From Fidelibacterota bacterium (GTDB lineage Bacteria; Fidelibacterota; Marinisomatia; Marinisomatales; JAHJCW01), in the NCBI GenBank assembly GCA_042577295.1, contig JBHPEE010000002.1, positions 1-58,524 of the forward strand: DNA of 58,524 bases, read 5' to 3'. The position numbers were made by a program, and so were the translations under genes. The stretch's first letter is position 1, and each line of letters starts with the position of its first letter. This document shows positions 28,272 to 37,432 of this stretch, piece after piece. The notes beneath the pieces were generated by a model, which saw nothing but the letters and a program-made list of their open reading frames with translations, made no database searches and was not told the origin of the DNA.

Positions 28272-28371
28272 ACCGGTGGGGATCAAGTATTTAATAATAT
28301 TGTAGTTACATATTACCTATACTATTTTTAATTTTAATCAATAAAAAGTCCTGATAATTGAGGGACTTTTT

Positions 28372-28398
28372 GTCCCCAAAACGGTGGGTTTTAATACA
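28372..28398 (+). repeat. IGR-A copy 7 (short form, internal deletion)
   Basis: gtccccaaaacggtgggttttaataca joins the first box directly to the terminal hairpin. Preceded by the aaaaagtcc/ggacttttt hairpin at 28343-28371. Confidence 0.6.
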
Positions 28399-28413
28399 AG
28401 CGTTCCTAAAAAT

Positions 28414-28443
28414 AAAAGAGCTGAGTGGTTGCACAGCTCTTTT
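28414..28443. terminator. bidirectional rho-independent terminator
   Basis: agagctg (28417-28423) pairs with cagctct (28434-28440) around a 10-nt loop, flanked by an A-run and a T-run. Lies 15 nt beyond the stop of minus-strand gene 28458..29615. Confidence 0.65.
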
Positions 28444-28457
28444 ATTTGTTGATTACG

Positions 28458-29615
28458 TTAATCTAATTGCTTCAATTTCTTAACAAAATCTTTGATTTTA
28501 CTATACAAATTTTGCGTGATTTCAAAATCATAATTTGAAAGTATAATGATAGTGTATCCGATATTAGTATCGTCATCCATCATATCCAACCCAATTACCG
28601 CACCCACACCCTCTGCACCACCAAACATGAAAATTATCCCACTTTTCAATATAATTGGTTCTTCTCCAAAAGAACCTTGAAAGAAATTCAAAAGATAATT
28701 AGAATAATCTTTACTCAATAATTTATTATTTCTATGGGCTTGAGTTAGTTTGAATAGATCTTCCACTGTTGAATATGATCCTCCCGTCGGAGTGCCACGG
28801 GTTGGTAGTCTTAAATAGCTATTTTCCCAATTGAATCCGACTTTGATTGTATCCATATAATGCTCATTAGTATATCCAGTTGCAAGATTTTTAACTGGAC
28901 CGTCAACATCATATGAATCTGAATTATACATTCCAATAGGAATATATATGTTATCTCGAATATAGTCGTAATAGCTTTTGTTTGTTATTTTTTCAATAAT
29001 TGCACCTGCAACTTCAAATCCTATGTTGCAATGTTGTATGTCTGTTCCCGGCTCAAAATCTAAAGGGATATCCTTAATAAAGTTGAGATATTCTGCTACA
29101 GTTCTATACTCATATCTATTTGCAATATAAACTTTATTTTCCCAATAATCTCCCCATCCTGAACTCATTGTTAATAGGTGCTTGATATGTACTTTTTGAG
29201 CAATTTCATCAGGGAAAATATCTAAATATTTTCCTATCAAATCATCTAAGCTTAATAATCCTCTCTCTGCTAATTGAAGTATGGAAATGCTTGTTAAATG
29301 TTTGCTGAGTGAACCAATATTAAACTTTGTATCTAAAGTATTTGGGATATCATAATTTTTTGAAGCAAAGCCATATGCCTTTTTAAATATTGGTATACCA
29401 TCCTTAGCAATTAAAACTGTTCCTGAAAATTTATTCTCTATTGTTTGTTTTGTAAGGTATTGATTGATATCGTCCAAATCCGAAAATATTATTTCATTAT
29501 CAGTTTGGCCAAAAATATTCAGTGATACGAACAAATAGCCTAATAATATATTCCTAATTGCATTCATGATGTAAACTCCTTTTGTGATTAAAACAGTAAG
29601 CATTAAATTGTTCAT
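28458..29615 (-). CDS. serine hydrolase, class C beta-lactamase/PBP-like family
   Basis: SxxK (IGSLSKHLT); signal peptide after the internal Met (MNAIRNILLGYLFVSLNIFG). Confidence 0.85.
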   Translation of the reverse strand: MNNLMLTVLITKGVYIMNAIRNILLGYLFVSLNIFGQTDNEIIFSDLDDINQYLTKQTIENKFSGTVLIAKDGIPIFKKAYGFASKNYDIPNTLDTKFNIGSLSKHLTSISILQLAERGLLSLDDLIGKYLDIFPDEIAQKVHIKHLLTMSSGWGDYWENKVYIANRYEYRTVAEYLNFIKDIPLDFEPGTDIQHCNIGFEVAGAIIEKITNKSYYDYIRDNIYIPIGMYNSDSYDVDGPVKNLATGYTNEHYMDTIKVGFNWENSYLRLPTRGTPTGGSYSTVEDLFKLTQAHRNNKLLSKDYSNYLLNFFQGSFGEEPIILKSGIIFMFGGAEGVGAVIGLDMMDDDTNIGYTIIILSNYDFEITQNLYSKIKDFVKKLKQLD

Positions 29616-29624
29616 TCAATTTAA

Positions 29625-30140
29625 TTATTGTAAATCCGGGTTTCTATTTAATGACTCAAATGGTTTTTCCTCATACCATCCAATAAATCCCCATAACAGT
29701 TCTTTTTGTACAAATTGCGCATCTTGCAATTTCAAGTTATTGTAATTCTTCAAGTAATTAGATCTCTTTGTGTTGAGCGATTTTATTTTATATTCTAAAT
29801 TTCTAATCTTATTAATTATTATCTCAGACTGCTTTTGTTCTTCATAAAGTTTTGGCTTTGTATAATATCCCCCAAATAATGTGAAATGTTTTGGACCCTT
29901 GACAGTATCTATTTGTCTCAATTCGTCAATTTCCTTAGTAAGAGTTTTTATCTTTTCAGTGATACTGTTTATTTTTGTTTCAAACTTAATTGAATCTTCA
30001 GCCGGTAATATTGGACTCACTTTAAATGCTCCCATTAAGATCGAGTAATAAATATTTTTGTTATTAGTTGAAGTATATTCTTGACCAATTATAAAAGCAC
30101 CAAGAAAAAAACCAATTATAATTATTAAACTATTTTTCAT
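29625..30140 (-). CDS. hypothetical secreted coiled-coil protein
   Basis: Signal/anchor N-terminus; heptad-like KIKTLTKEIDELRQ and NLEYKIKSLNTKRSNYLKNY. Sits 9 nt upstream of the hydrolase gene. Confidence 0.4.
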   Translation of the reverse strand: MKNSLIIIIGFFLGAFIIGQEYTSTNNKNIYYSILMGAFKVSPILPAEDSIKFETKINSITEKIKTLTKEIDELRQIDTVKGPKHFTLFGGYYTKPKLYEEQKQSEIIINKIRNLEYKIKSLNTKRSNYLKNYNNLKLQDAQFVQKELLWGFIGWYEEKPFESLNRNPDLQ

Positions 30141-30290
30141 TATAAACTCCTTATTATTTATTAATCTTTAAATAATTTGATGAGAAATTATTAGTACATG
30201 ATATTCGTTTTTGGGGAAAGATGATCAAAGACTGTATATAAATGATAAAATGAGTTGAACCGCCCAAACAGCTAATTTGTACTATTATGA

Positions 30291-31343
30291 TTGTTATTTA
30301 TGAATATTTCCCTTTATTTTAATAGGGTTATGAATATATTTGATAAACAAAATAAGATAGGCTATAAAAAGCTATTGCTTCATTGTGTTTCATGGTGCGC
30401 ATTATTCTTATTCATTATTTTCATTCTAGTTGTACTTGAATCTTATCCTGCTAATTGGGTGTTATCGCTTGCTTTTTGTTTAACTGCAACAGCAGCAATA
30501 CCAACTTATCTACATTTTTATATTTTAAATAAATTCTTCAATCGGAAGAATTATTTTATTTATATTATTTTAGTGATAACCATTATTAGCCTCACTGCAT
30601 TAACTGCCTATTATTTCTTTACTAACGCATATAAGGCAACTAATATCTACATTGCGTGGTGCATTGATATTACATTTGTACTGATATTGACCTCAGCACT
30701 AAAAATTACTTGGAATGGGGTGGCAGAACGATTAAATATGCAAGAAATAAAAGCCAAAAACCTTGAATCAGAACTTCAGCTACTGAAAGGACAGATGAAC
30801 CCGCACTTTTATTTTAATACCCTCAATAATTTGTATTCATTAAGTTTGGAAAAATCAGAGAAAGTACCCGAAACGATACTTAAGCTATCTGATATAATGA
30901 GATATATCCTAGAAAGCTCCAACAGACAAATCGTCCCATTAGATGAAGAAATAACTTATTTAAAAAATTACTTATCACTTGAAAAATTAAGATCAGAAGA
31001 CGAAAACAATATTAAGTTTGAAATATCGGGTGATTTGGAAGGTAAAATGATAGCTCCAATGATTTTAATGCCCTTTGCAGAAAATTGTATCAAACATGGA
31101 AATGTGAATAGTGCTAAAGGATGGTATATTATTATTGGTATAATTGTTGAAGGCAATAAATTAATTTTATCTACTCGCAACCGAAAAAAATCCAAGAAAA
31201 TTAGTAATCAAGTATCCTCGTCTCCAAAAGTTGGGTTAAAAAATGTTCAAAAACGGTTAAAATTATTATATCCAGACAGACATAAATTGAATATTCAAGA
31301 TGATGATGCATATTATACTGTATTATTGGAGATCCAATTATGA
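30291..31343 (+). CDS. LytS/YpdA-type sensor histidine kinase (His_kinase PF06580 type)
   Basis: Four or five N-terminal TM helices, then QMNPHFYFNTLNNLYSL (phospho-His box) and a GHKL-like C-terminus. Confidence 0.8.
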   Translation: MLFMNISLYFNRVMNIFDKQNKIGYKKLLLHCVSWCALFLFIIFILVVLESYPANWVLSLAFCLTATAAIPTYLHFYILNKFFNRKNYFIYIILVITIISLTALTAYYFFTNAYKATNIYIAWCIDITFVLILTSALKITWNGVAERLNMQEIKAKNLESELQLLKGQMNPHFYFNTLNNLYSLSLEKSEKVPETILKLSDIMRYILESSNRQIVPLDEEITYLKNYLSLEKLRSEDENNIKFEISGDLEGKMIAPMILMPFAENCIKHGNVNSAKGWYIIIGIIVEGNKLILSTRNRKKSKKISNQVSSSPKVGLKNVQKRLKLLYPDRHKLNIQDDDAYYTVLLEIQL

Positions 31344-32047
31344 ATATGAAGTGTATAATAGTTGATGACGAACCTTTGGCTCGAAAGGTTCTCGTTAAAT
31401 ATATAACTTCTATTGAATCACTTGAGCTCGTTAAGGAGTGTAGTAATGCTTCAGATGCCGCTTCTATTTTACACCAACATGATATAGATCTAATGTTTCT
31501 TGATATCCAGATGCCCGACATGTCAGGATTGGAATTATTAAACACACTTCCTAATCCACCAATGGTAATAATTACCACAGCCCATATGGAATATGCAATT
31601 GAAGGATACGAATATTCTGTGGCTGACTTCTTACTCAAACCTTTTTCATTTGAAAGATTTCTAAAAGCAGTCAATATGGCTTTTCAACGAACTACTGGAG
31701 CTATTTCTAACTCAAGTACACATGTAGATAACAATGAGTATATATTTCTAAAGGCTGACAGAGCTCTTCATAAAGTCTCATTTCCCGAAATCCACTACAT
31801 ACAGGGATATGGGAATTTTATAAAAGTATTCACTGATCGCAAGATGTTGCTGATTTCTGAAACAATGGCAAATATGGAAGAGCGATTACCATCAAACCTT
31901 TTCATAAGAGTACACAAATCGTTTATTGTGTCACTACAAAATATTGAACTTATCGAAGATGGTTTTATAAAAGTTAAAAACAAGGAAATTCCAATAGGCA
32001 ATATATATAAACAACAATTTTACAAAGCTCTAAAGAACATTAAATAA
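31340..32047 (+). CDS. LytTR-family response regulator
   Basis: Receiver domain (IIVDDEPLARK...LDIQMPDMSGLEL) plus LytTR domain (IHYIQGYGNFIKVFT...FIRVHKSFIV). 4-nt overlap with the kinase gene. Confidence 0.9.
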   Translation: MNMKCIIVDDEPLARKVLVKYITSIESLELVKECSNASDAASILHQHDIDLMFLDIQMPDMSGLELLNTLPNPPMVIITTAHMEYAIEGYEYSVADFLLKPFSFERFLKAVNMAFQRTTGAISNSSTHVDNNEYIFLKADRALHKVSFPEIHYIQGYGNFIKVFTDRKMLLISETMANMEERLPSNLFIRVHKSFIVSLQNIELIEDGFIKVKNKEIPIGNIYKQQFYKALKNIK

Positions 32048-32123
32048 TTCGCAGTTATAAAATATAACTTTTAAAAAAACTATCTTTCAGCTGATATTCA
32101 AATATGAGCTAATTATAATATAG

Positions 32124-32240
32124 GTGGATAGTAATTGACAATAGTGTATATTTATTTCAGCACTCCTAATTAATTTATTATCGACAAACTGAGTAATCAT
32201 AATACGTTGGCTCGGGGTTCTAATCCTTGTGAGCCCACCA
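32124..32240 (+). repeat. IGR-B copy 5 with tRNA-like T-arm/acceptor/CCA module
   Basis: gtggatagtaattgacaatagtg...cgacaaactgagtaatcataat...ggctcggggttctaatccttgtgagcccacca. T stem cgggg/ccttg, T loop ttctaat, then tgagccc-a-cca. Followed by a terminator. Confidence 0.7.
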
Positions 32241-32244
32241 TTAT

Positions 32245-32270
32245 AAAACCTCGTTTCACGACGGGGTTTT
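32245..32270 (+). terminator. rho-independent terminator directly after the tRNA-like module of IGR-B copy 5
   Basis: cctcgt (32249-32254) pairs with acgggg (32261-32266) in a 6-bp stem (one G-U), flanked by aaaa and tttt. Confidence 0.5.
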
Positions 32271-32358
32271 AATTATTTAGATATTATTCTGTTCAGTTAA
32301 AATGGATTAATACGCAGAATATTGGTACTACAAGAATCCTTATCGTTGGAATGTTATA

Positions 32359-32460
32359 GGATTAGGAATCCACAGAATTACGTATTATTTACGTAAAGTT
32401 ATTAAGCGATTCTTATAAAACCCATGGACTATTTCTCCATTGAAAATCGTAGTATAAGCG
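32359..32460 (+). repeat. IGR-D element (TACGTA-box repeat) copy 1
   Basis: ggattaggaatccacagaattacgtattatttacgtaaag...ttcttataaaacccatggactatttctccattgaaaatcgtagtataagcg. Confidence 0.6.
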
Positions 32461-32573
32461 TGTCACTTGTTTCAGATCTTTAAAGAATCAACGGATTATA
32501 AATCCTTTTATTTCAAACCACCCGATTTGTATTTTTCTATTATTATTATTTTTCGATTATATAGGATTCGTAT

Positions 32574-34277
32574 ATGAAAAATCTATTTATATTGATAATT
32601 GCAGTTCTTATGATTAGCTGCAGTGTAAACAATGACAAACTTTTCGAAGAAGTAGCAAACAATTACATTGAATACTTTCTTCAAAGTAATCCTGAATGGG
32701 CTACAGATTTAGGAGATCATAGATATGATGGGCAGTTAAGTAATTACGATATATCTGCGATCACAGCAGACAGGGAAGAAACCTACTCATTACTTGAGTC
32801 ATTAAAAGAGATCAACGAAAATCAACTATCAAATGATAATAAAATTGATTACAATATTCTTAAAACCCATTTAGAATATTCAATATTTTCAATTGATACT
32901 CTTCAAGAATATAGTTGGAATCCATTAATATACAATGTTGGTGATGGCATTTACGGTTTATTGATTCGTGAATTTGCTCCAATCGAAACAAGACTAAATA
33001 GTGTAAAAGAACGCTTAGAGAAAGTGGGGGAAATTACATCTCAAGCCAAATTAAATTTAATAAATCCTCCAATCGTTCATATTGAAACAGCTATTTTACA
33101 AAATAAAGGTAATATATCACTGATTAAGAATGATTTAGAAATGTTCCTGGACGGACTACCATCAATTAAAGAAGACATGGAAAATGCGAGAGTTAGTGCT
33201 ATTAAATCGCTTGAAGATTACGGAGATTGGCTCGAGAATGATTTATTACCAAGATCTGATGGTGAATTTCGTATAGGTGATAAAAAATGGCAAAGAAAAC
33301 TACACTATACTTTAAGCTCAAGCTTTACTAAGAACCAGATATTAGAAAGTGCTGAGAAAGATTTGATTGAGACACAAGCAGTGATGTATGAAACCGCACT
33401 TCCGCTTTATCGAATACATTTTGGTGAACCCAGATCAATTGATAAAAATTCAGTAATAAAATCCGTGCTTGATAAGCTCGCGGAAAAACGACCAAACAAT
33501 GAAACGGTAGTTGATTTGGCAAATATTTCACTGAAATCAACCACCGAATTTGTTAGAAAAATGAATCTTGTGACAGTCCCTGATGATCCTGTACAAATTA
33601 TGGTAATGCCAGAATATCAACGTGGAGTAGCAGTAGCTTATTGTAGTTCGCCGGGACCATTTGAAAAAGGAGCAAAAACGTTTTATACTATATCGCCAAC
33701 ACCAGAATCGTGGCCAACAACTCGAGTAGAATCTTTTTATAAGGAATATAATAATTATATGCTTGAGAATCTTACAGTTCACGAGGCAATGCCTGGTCAT
33801 TATCTGCAACTTGCACATAATAATCAGTATGAGGCTCCTACGCTAATCAGAAGTATTTTTGGAAGTGGTACTTTTATTGAAGGATGGGCCACCTATGCTG
33901 AGCAATTAATGGTCGAGTATGGTTATGGTGGAGATGAGATAAAAATGCAACAACTAAAAATGCGATTAAGGTTAATTATAAATAGTATTATTGATCAAAA
34001 AATACATACAGATGGAATGTCAGAAGAGGATGCTATCAAGTTAATGATGACTGAAGGATTTCAAGAAGAAGGTGAAGCGTATGGAAAATGGCGCCGAGCA
34101 TGCATGAGTTCAACACAGCTGTCAACTTACTATATTGGCAATATGGAAATAAATGATATTCGAAACAGTTATGAATCAAAGCATGGTAAAGATTTTGACA
34201 TAAAAACAATGCATAATGAAATATTGTCTTTTGGTTCACCTCCACCAAAGTATGTTAAGGAATTATTGAAGCTTTAA
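32574..34277 (+). CDS. DUF885 family lipoprotein (putative metallopeptidase-like)
   Basis: MISC lipobox; HEAMPGHYLQ and FIEGWATYAEQL blocks typical of DUF885. Confidence 0.85.
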   Translation: MKNLFILIIAVLMISCSVNNDKLFEEVANNYIEYFLQSNPEWATDLGDHRYDGQLSNYDISAITADREETYSLLESLKEINENQLSNDNKIDYNILKTHLEYSIFSIDTLQEYSWNPLIYNVGDGIYGLLIREFAPIETRLNSVKERLEKVGEITSQAKLNLINPPIVHIETAILQNKGNISLIKNDLEMFLDGLPSIKEDMENARVSAIKSLEDYGDWLENDLLPRSDGEFRIGDKKWQRKLHYTLSSSFTKNQILESAEKDLIETQAVMYETALPLYRIHFGEPRSIDKNSVIKSVLDKLAEKRPNNETVVDLANISLKSTTEFVRKMNLVTVPDDPVQIMVMPEYQRGVAVAYCSSPGPFEKGAKTFYTISPTPESWPTTRVESFYKEYNNYMLENLTVHEAMPGHYLQLAHNNQYEAPTLIRSIFGSGTFIEGWATYAEQLMVEYGYGGDEIKMQQLKMRLRLIINSIIDQKIHTDGMSEEDAIKLMMTEGFQEEGEAYGKWRRACMSSTQLSTYYIGNMEINDIRNSYESKHGKDFDIKTMHNEILSFGSPPPKYVKELLKL

Positions 34278-34358
34278 CAAAAACGTGTAATTAGAGATTA
34301 TTACAAATTTGATTGTAGAATAGGAATAATTTATACTCTGTATTTTTATTCTATCAGT

Positions 34359-34450
34359 GGATTAGGTATTCACCAACAATCGTAGCATATACGTATAATA
34401 ACTAAGTGGTTCTTATAAGAATCACGGGCTACCTATCCGCCATTCCAAAT
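34359..34450 (+). repeat. IGR-D copy 2
   Basis: ggattaggtattcaccaacaatcgtagcatatacgtataat...ttcttataagaatcacgggctacctatccgccattcc aligns with copy 1 over about 90 nt, estimated by eye at about 70 percent identity. Confidence 0.6.
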
Positions 34451-34457
34451 AAAAAGT

Positions 34458-34540
34458 CATTGTGGATACACTTTCAGTGGATACAAAACTACTGATAGAA
34501 GTGTCTCACAATGAGATTTTTACGGTAGCGCACTGTCTGT
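34458..34540 (+). repeat. IGR-C copy 4 with extension module
   Basis: cattgtggatacactttcagtggatacaaaactactgatagaagtgtctcacaatgag... Confidence 0.7.
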
Positions 34541-34562
34541 TAATGATAGTACTGATAATTAA

Positions 34563-35165
34563 TTAGAATTTCATATAAATTGAAAGGCTTGGACCATAAA
34601 TAATACCTATAGAAGCTCCAAATGTCCCTCCGTAGCCTATTCCTCCCAATATAGCAGTTCCTATGACTTTAAATAATATCGCATCACCATCAAAATTAAA
34701 CTGTATTGTTTCCATATATTGACCAATAACAAGCAGGGGTACCATGCTTGCAGTGAAAGTGATAGCTCCGTCAATACCACCGTATAAAGCACCTTTAAGT
34801 ATTGCTATACCAGGCTTAGGATTTCCTTTCAGAATTTTTTTGGTTGCCCATTCTGATGTCTTATATCCAACATAGCCTCCTATCAAAGACGAAGGGACAC
34901 CCGTTACAATATTTTTCCATAGAGGTTCACTTGTACTTGACATATTGGTAGTGCTCCAATATATGTGAGCCAGCCCCATAGTGCCGCCCCCAACCACACC
35001 CAGAACACGACCTGTTTTAAGACATTTATTATATCTATAGTTAAAGTCGCTGGGGGTAATGTTTTGTGAAAATGACAAAGAAGTAAAAATCAGTAAAAGA
35101 GTGAAATGATTTAATTTCATAATAACCTCCAAAACTAATAAAAATGTTTTAGAATTGTATATCAA
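34563..35165 (-). CDS. hypothetical Gly-rich (glycine-zipper-like) secreted or membrane protein
   Basis: Signal peptide (internal MKLNHFTLLLIFTSLSFSQ); GxxxG-rich blocks GVVGGGTMGLA and GGIGYGGTFGASIGIIYG. Confidence 0.35.
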   Translation of the reverse strand: MIYNSKTFLLVLEVIMKLNHFTLLLIFTSLSFSQNITPSDFNYRYNKCLKTGRVLGVVGGGTMGLAHIYWSTTNMSSTSEPLWKNIVTGVPSSLIGGYVGYKTSEWATKKILKGNPKPGIAILKGALYGGIDGAITFTASMVPLLVIGQYMETIQFNFDGDAILFKVIGTAILGGIGYGGTFGASIGIIYGPSLSIYMKF

Positions 35166-35229
35166 GTGTAAGTATTGATGGAATAATATTCAATATAAAC
35201 AAGTTTTGAAATAATATACCAAAAATCGT

Positions 35230-35270
35230 CATTGTGGATACTCTATGGGTGGATACAAAACTGCTAAAAG
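35230..35270 (+). repeat. IGR-C copy 5
   Basis: cattgtggatactctatgggtggatacaaaactgctaaaag. Confidence 0.7.
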
Positions 35271-35291
35271 ATATATCTTAAAGGAACATGA

Positions 35292-36056
35292 CTAATTTTT
35301 CCATTCATAACTGGTTGAATTAATTTTATCTTCAAAACAGCCTATATTTCCGGAAAAGGTTATCATTAAACTATGTGTGTTAGATTCTTCTCTAACACCA
35401 TAATCCCATATATCTTTCCCTTTAGCATATGTAAATAAACCCGGGTCATCCATTCTTGAGATAAACGGATTCATACAGTCATATTCTTCAACATAAGTAC
35501 CATCATTATCAAGTAAAATCCATTTTTCTAAAACATACACTTCTGTCATAACGTGTCCACTAAAACTTTGAATAGTTCCATCATAATAATTATAAGCCCA
35601 TTCTATCGAAGCAGTTTCAATCATAACCGTGGGGAATCCAAATTCTCTTAATATACCTGAAATAACAAGTGCTGCCGAATGGCATCCATAAAAAGTTTTG
35701 CTTTCATATAACTCATTAATTGTTTTTCGACCTATCATATCACCACCAGCATTAACAAAAGTGAAGTTTTGATTAAACCATTCACTCACAATCAATATAC
35801 CAGGTATGCTTTGACCTGGAGTCCCAATAATGGTCTTGATTTCTTCGATATACTCATCATTTAAATCTGATTGCGTACCAGGGGTAAGATATAATTGAGG
35901 ATTATCATATTTTATCCCATAGGAATAGTCATAATTTTCTATGTTAAGATTGCACGGATAATCCTTTTCATTATTATCAAGTACGTTATTGGAATTTTTA
36001 CAGGATAAGGATAATAGAAAAAAAATAAGTAAGGAATAAATAAATTTAGTTTTCAT
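35292..36056 (-). CDS. transglutaminase-like cysteine peptidase-fold lipoprotein
   Basis: LSC lipobox. Cys-His-Asp arrangement: FYGCHSAALVISGILREFGFP, SGHVMTEVY, WILLDNDG. Confidence 0.6.
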   Translation of the reverse strand: MKTKFIYSLLIFFLLSLSCKNSNNVLDNNEKDYPCNLNIENYDYSYGIKYDNPQLYLTPGTQSDLNDEYIEEIKTIIGTPGQSIPGILIVSEWFNQNFTFVNAGGDMIGRKTINELYESKTFYGCHSAALVISGILREFGFPTVMIETASIEWAYNYYDGTIQSFSGHVMTEVYVLEKWILLDNDGTYVEEYDCMNPFISRMDDPGLFTYAKGKDIWDYGVREESNTHSLMITFSGNIGCFEDKINSTSYEWKN

Positions 36057-36145
36057 TTTATGCTTCCTTCAACATAAATAATTTACAAATACCTACAAAT
36101 AAATCTTTCTAATATATTTGACCTGTAAGTAGTCAAATATAACCA

Positions 36146-36173
36146 CATTGTGGATACGTTTTCTGTAGATAAA
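36146..36173 (+). repeat. IGR-C copy 6
   Basis: cattgtggatacgttttctgtagataaa. Confidence 0.65.
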
Positions 36174-36217
36174 GCCCTAATTTTGAATAAATATTATTTC
36201 AAGACAATTATAAAAAA

Positions 36218-37429
36218 ATGACCAATAGGCTTATTAATATTGCCCAAACAGATTTACAAAAATTTTGCGTTGAAATCTCTGATAGAAGCGTTGGTAGCAA
36301 TGGAAACAGAGACGCCACTAAATATTTCAAAGAGAAGCTATCTTCATTAGGATGGAATGTTGAAACACAGGAATTTGATGCGTTTGACTGGGAAGATGGG
36401 GGCGCAGAACTTATTATCAACAATGAAAAGTTTAATGTATTGGTAAGTCCATATTCTCTTGGTTGTGACACTAATGGGGAATTAATCGCTGTTAATAATT
36501 TTGAAGCACTTCAACAAATAGATATAAAAGGTAAGATAGTTTTACTTTGCAAAGAAATCGCAAAAGAACAACTAATGCCAAAAAACTTTGTTTTTTATAA
36601 TCCCGAATCCCATCAAAAAATCATTGCCATGCTCGAGGGAAGAAAGCCAACTGCTATAATTAGTGCAACTGGTAGAAACGCAGCTTTAGCAGGAGGTGTT
36701 TACCCATTTCCATTAATTGAAGATGGTGACTTTAATATACCATCAGTATATACATCAGAAGAAATTGGTGAGCGGCTTCTGCTGCTTGAAGGACAAATAG
36801 TTTCATTGTCATCTTCATCATCAAGGATTACGGAAAAAGGTTATAATGTTATAGGTAAAAAGGGTACTGATTCAACTGAACGAATTGTTATAACCGCCCA
36901 CATAGATTCAAAAAAGGGTACACCTGGAGCCATTGATAATGCAACAGGTATAGTAATCTTATTATTATTAGCTGAACTATTAAAAGATTATAACAGAGAT
37001 AAACAGATTGAAATTGTAGCTTTTAATGGGGAAGACTATTATTCCGCACCAGGTCAAATGGAATACCTTAGAAAAAATCAGAACAGATTTAATGAAATCA
37101 TACTAAATATTAATATTGATGGGGCAGGATACTTAGAAGGCAATTCTGCCTTCTCTTTTTATGGAATATCCGATAATATAAATAGGATTGCTCTGAATAC
37201 AATAAATAATATTAATGGAATAGTTGAAGGAAAGCAATGGGTGCAAGGAGACCATAGCATATTCATACAAAAAGGTTGTCCCGCTATTGCTGTTTCATCA
37301 CAGTGGTTTACAGATAACATTGATAATCAAACAATCACCCATACACAAAAGGACAATATTGATATTGTCGATTCAAAAAAATTAGTTGAAATATCAAAAG
37401 CCCTTAAATTAATTGTTAGTCAAATATAA
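36218..37429 (+). CDS. M28 family aminopeptidase
   Basis: ITAHIDSKKGTPGAIDNATG metal-binding block and NGEDYYS (E-E/D pair equivalent). Confidence 0.8.
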   Translation: MTNRLINIAQTDLQKFCVEISDRSVGSNGNRDATKYFKEKLSSLGWNVETQEFDAFDWEDGGAELIINNEKFNVLVSPYSLGCDTNGELIAVNNFEALQQIDIKGKIVLLCKEIAKEQLMPKNFVFYNPESHQKIIAMLEGRKPTAIISATGRNAALAGGVYPFPLIEDGDFNIPSVYTSEEIGERLLLLEGQIVSLSSSSSRITEKGYNVIGKKGTDSTERIVITAHIDSKKGTPGAIDNATGIVILLLLAELLKDYNRDKQIEIVAFNGEDYYSAPGQMEYLRKNQNRFNEIILNINIDGAGYLEGNSAFSFYGISDNINRIALNTINNINGIVEGKQWVQGDHSIFIQKGCPAIAVSSQWFTDNIDNQTITHTQKDNIDIVDSKKLVEISKALKLIVSQI

Positions 37430-37432
37430 CGA

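Noticed and set aside
18166-29615. Three beta-lactamase-family genes as antibiotic-resistance determinants
   Set aside because: They carry only the generic SxxK/YxN serine-hydrolase motifs. They are lipoproteins or secreted proteins embedded among peptidases, and the family includes esterases and D-aminopeptidases. There is no evidence for beta-lactamase function.
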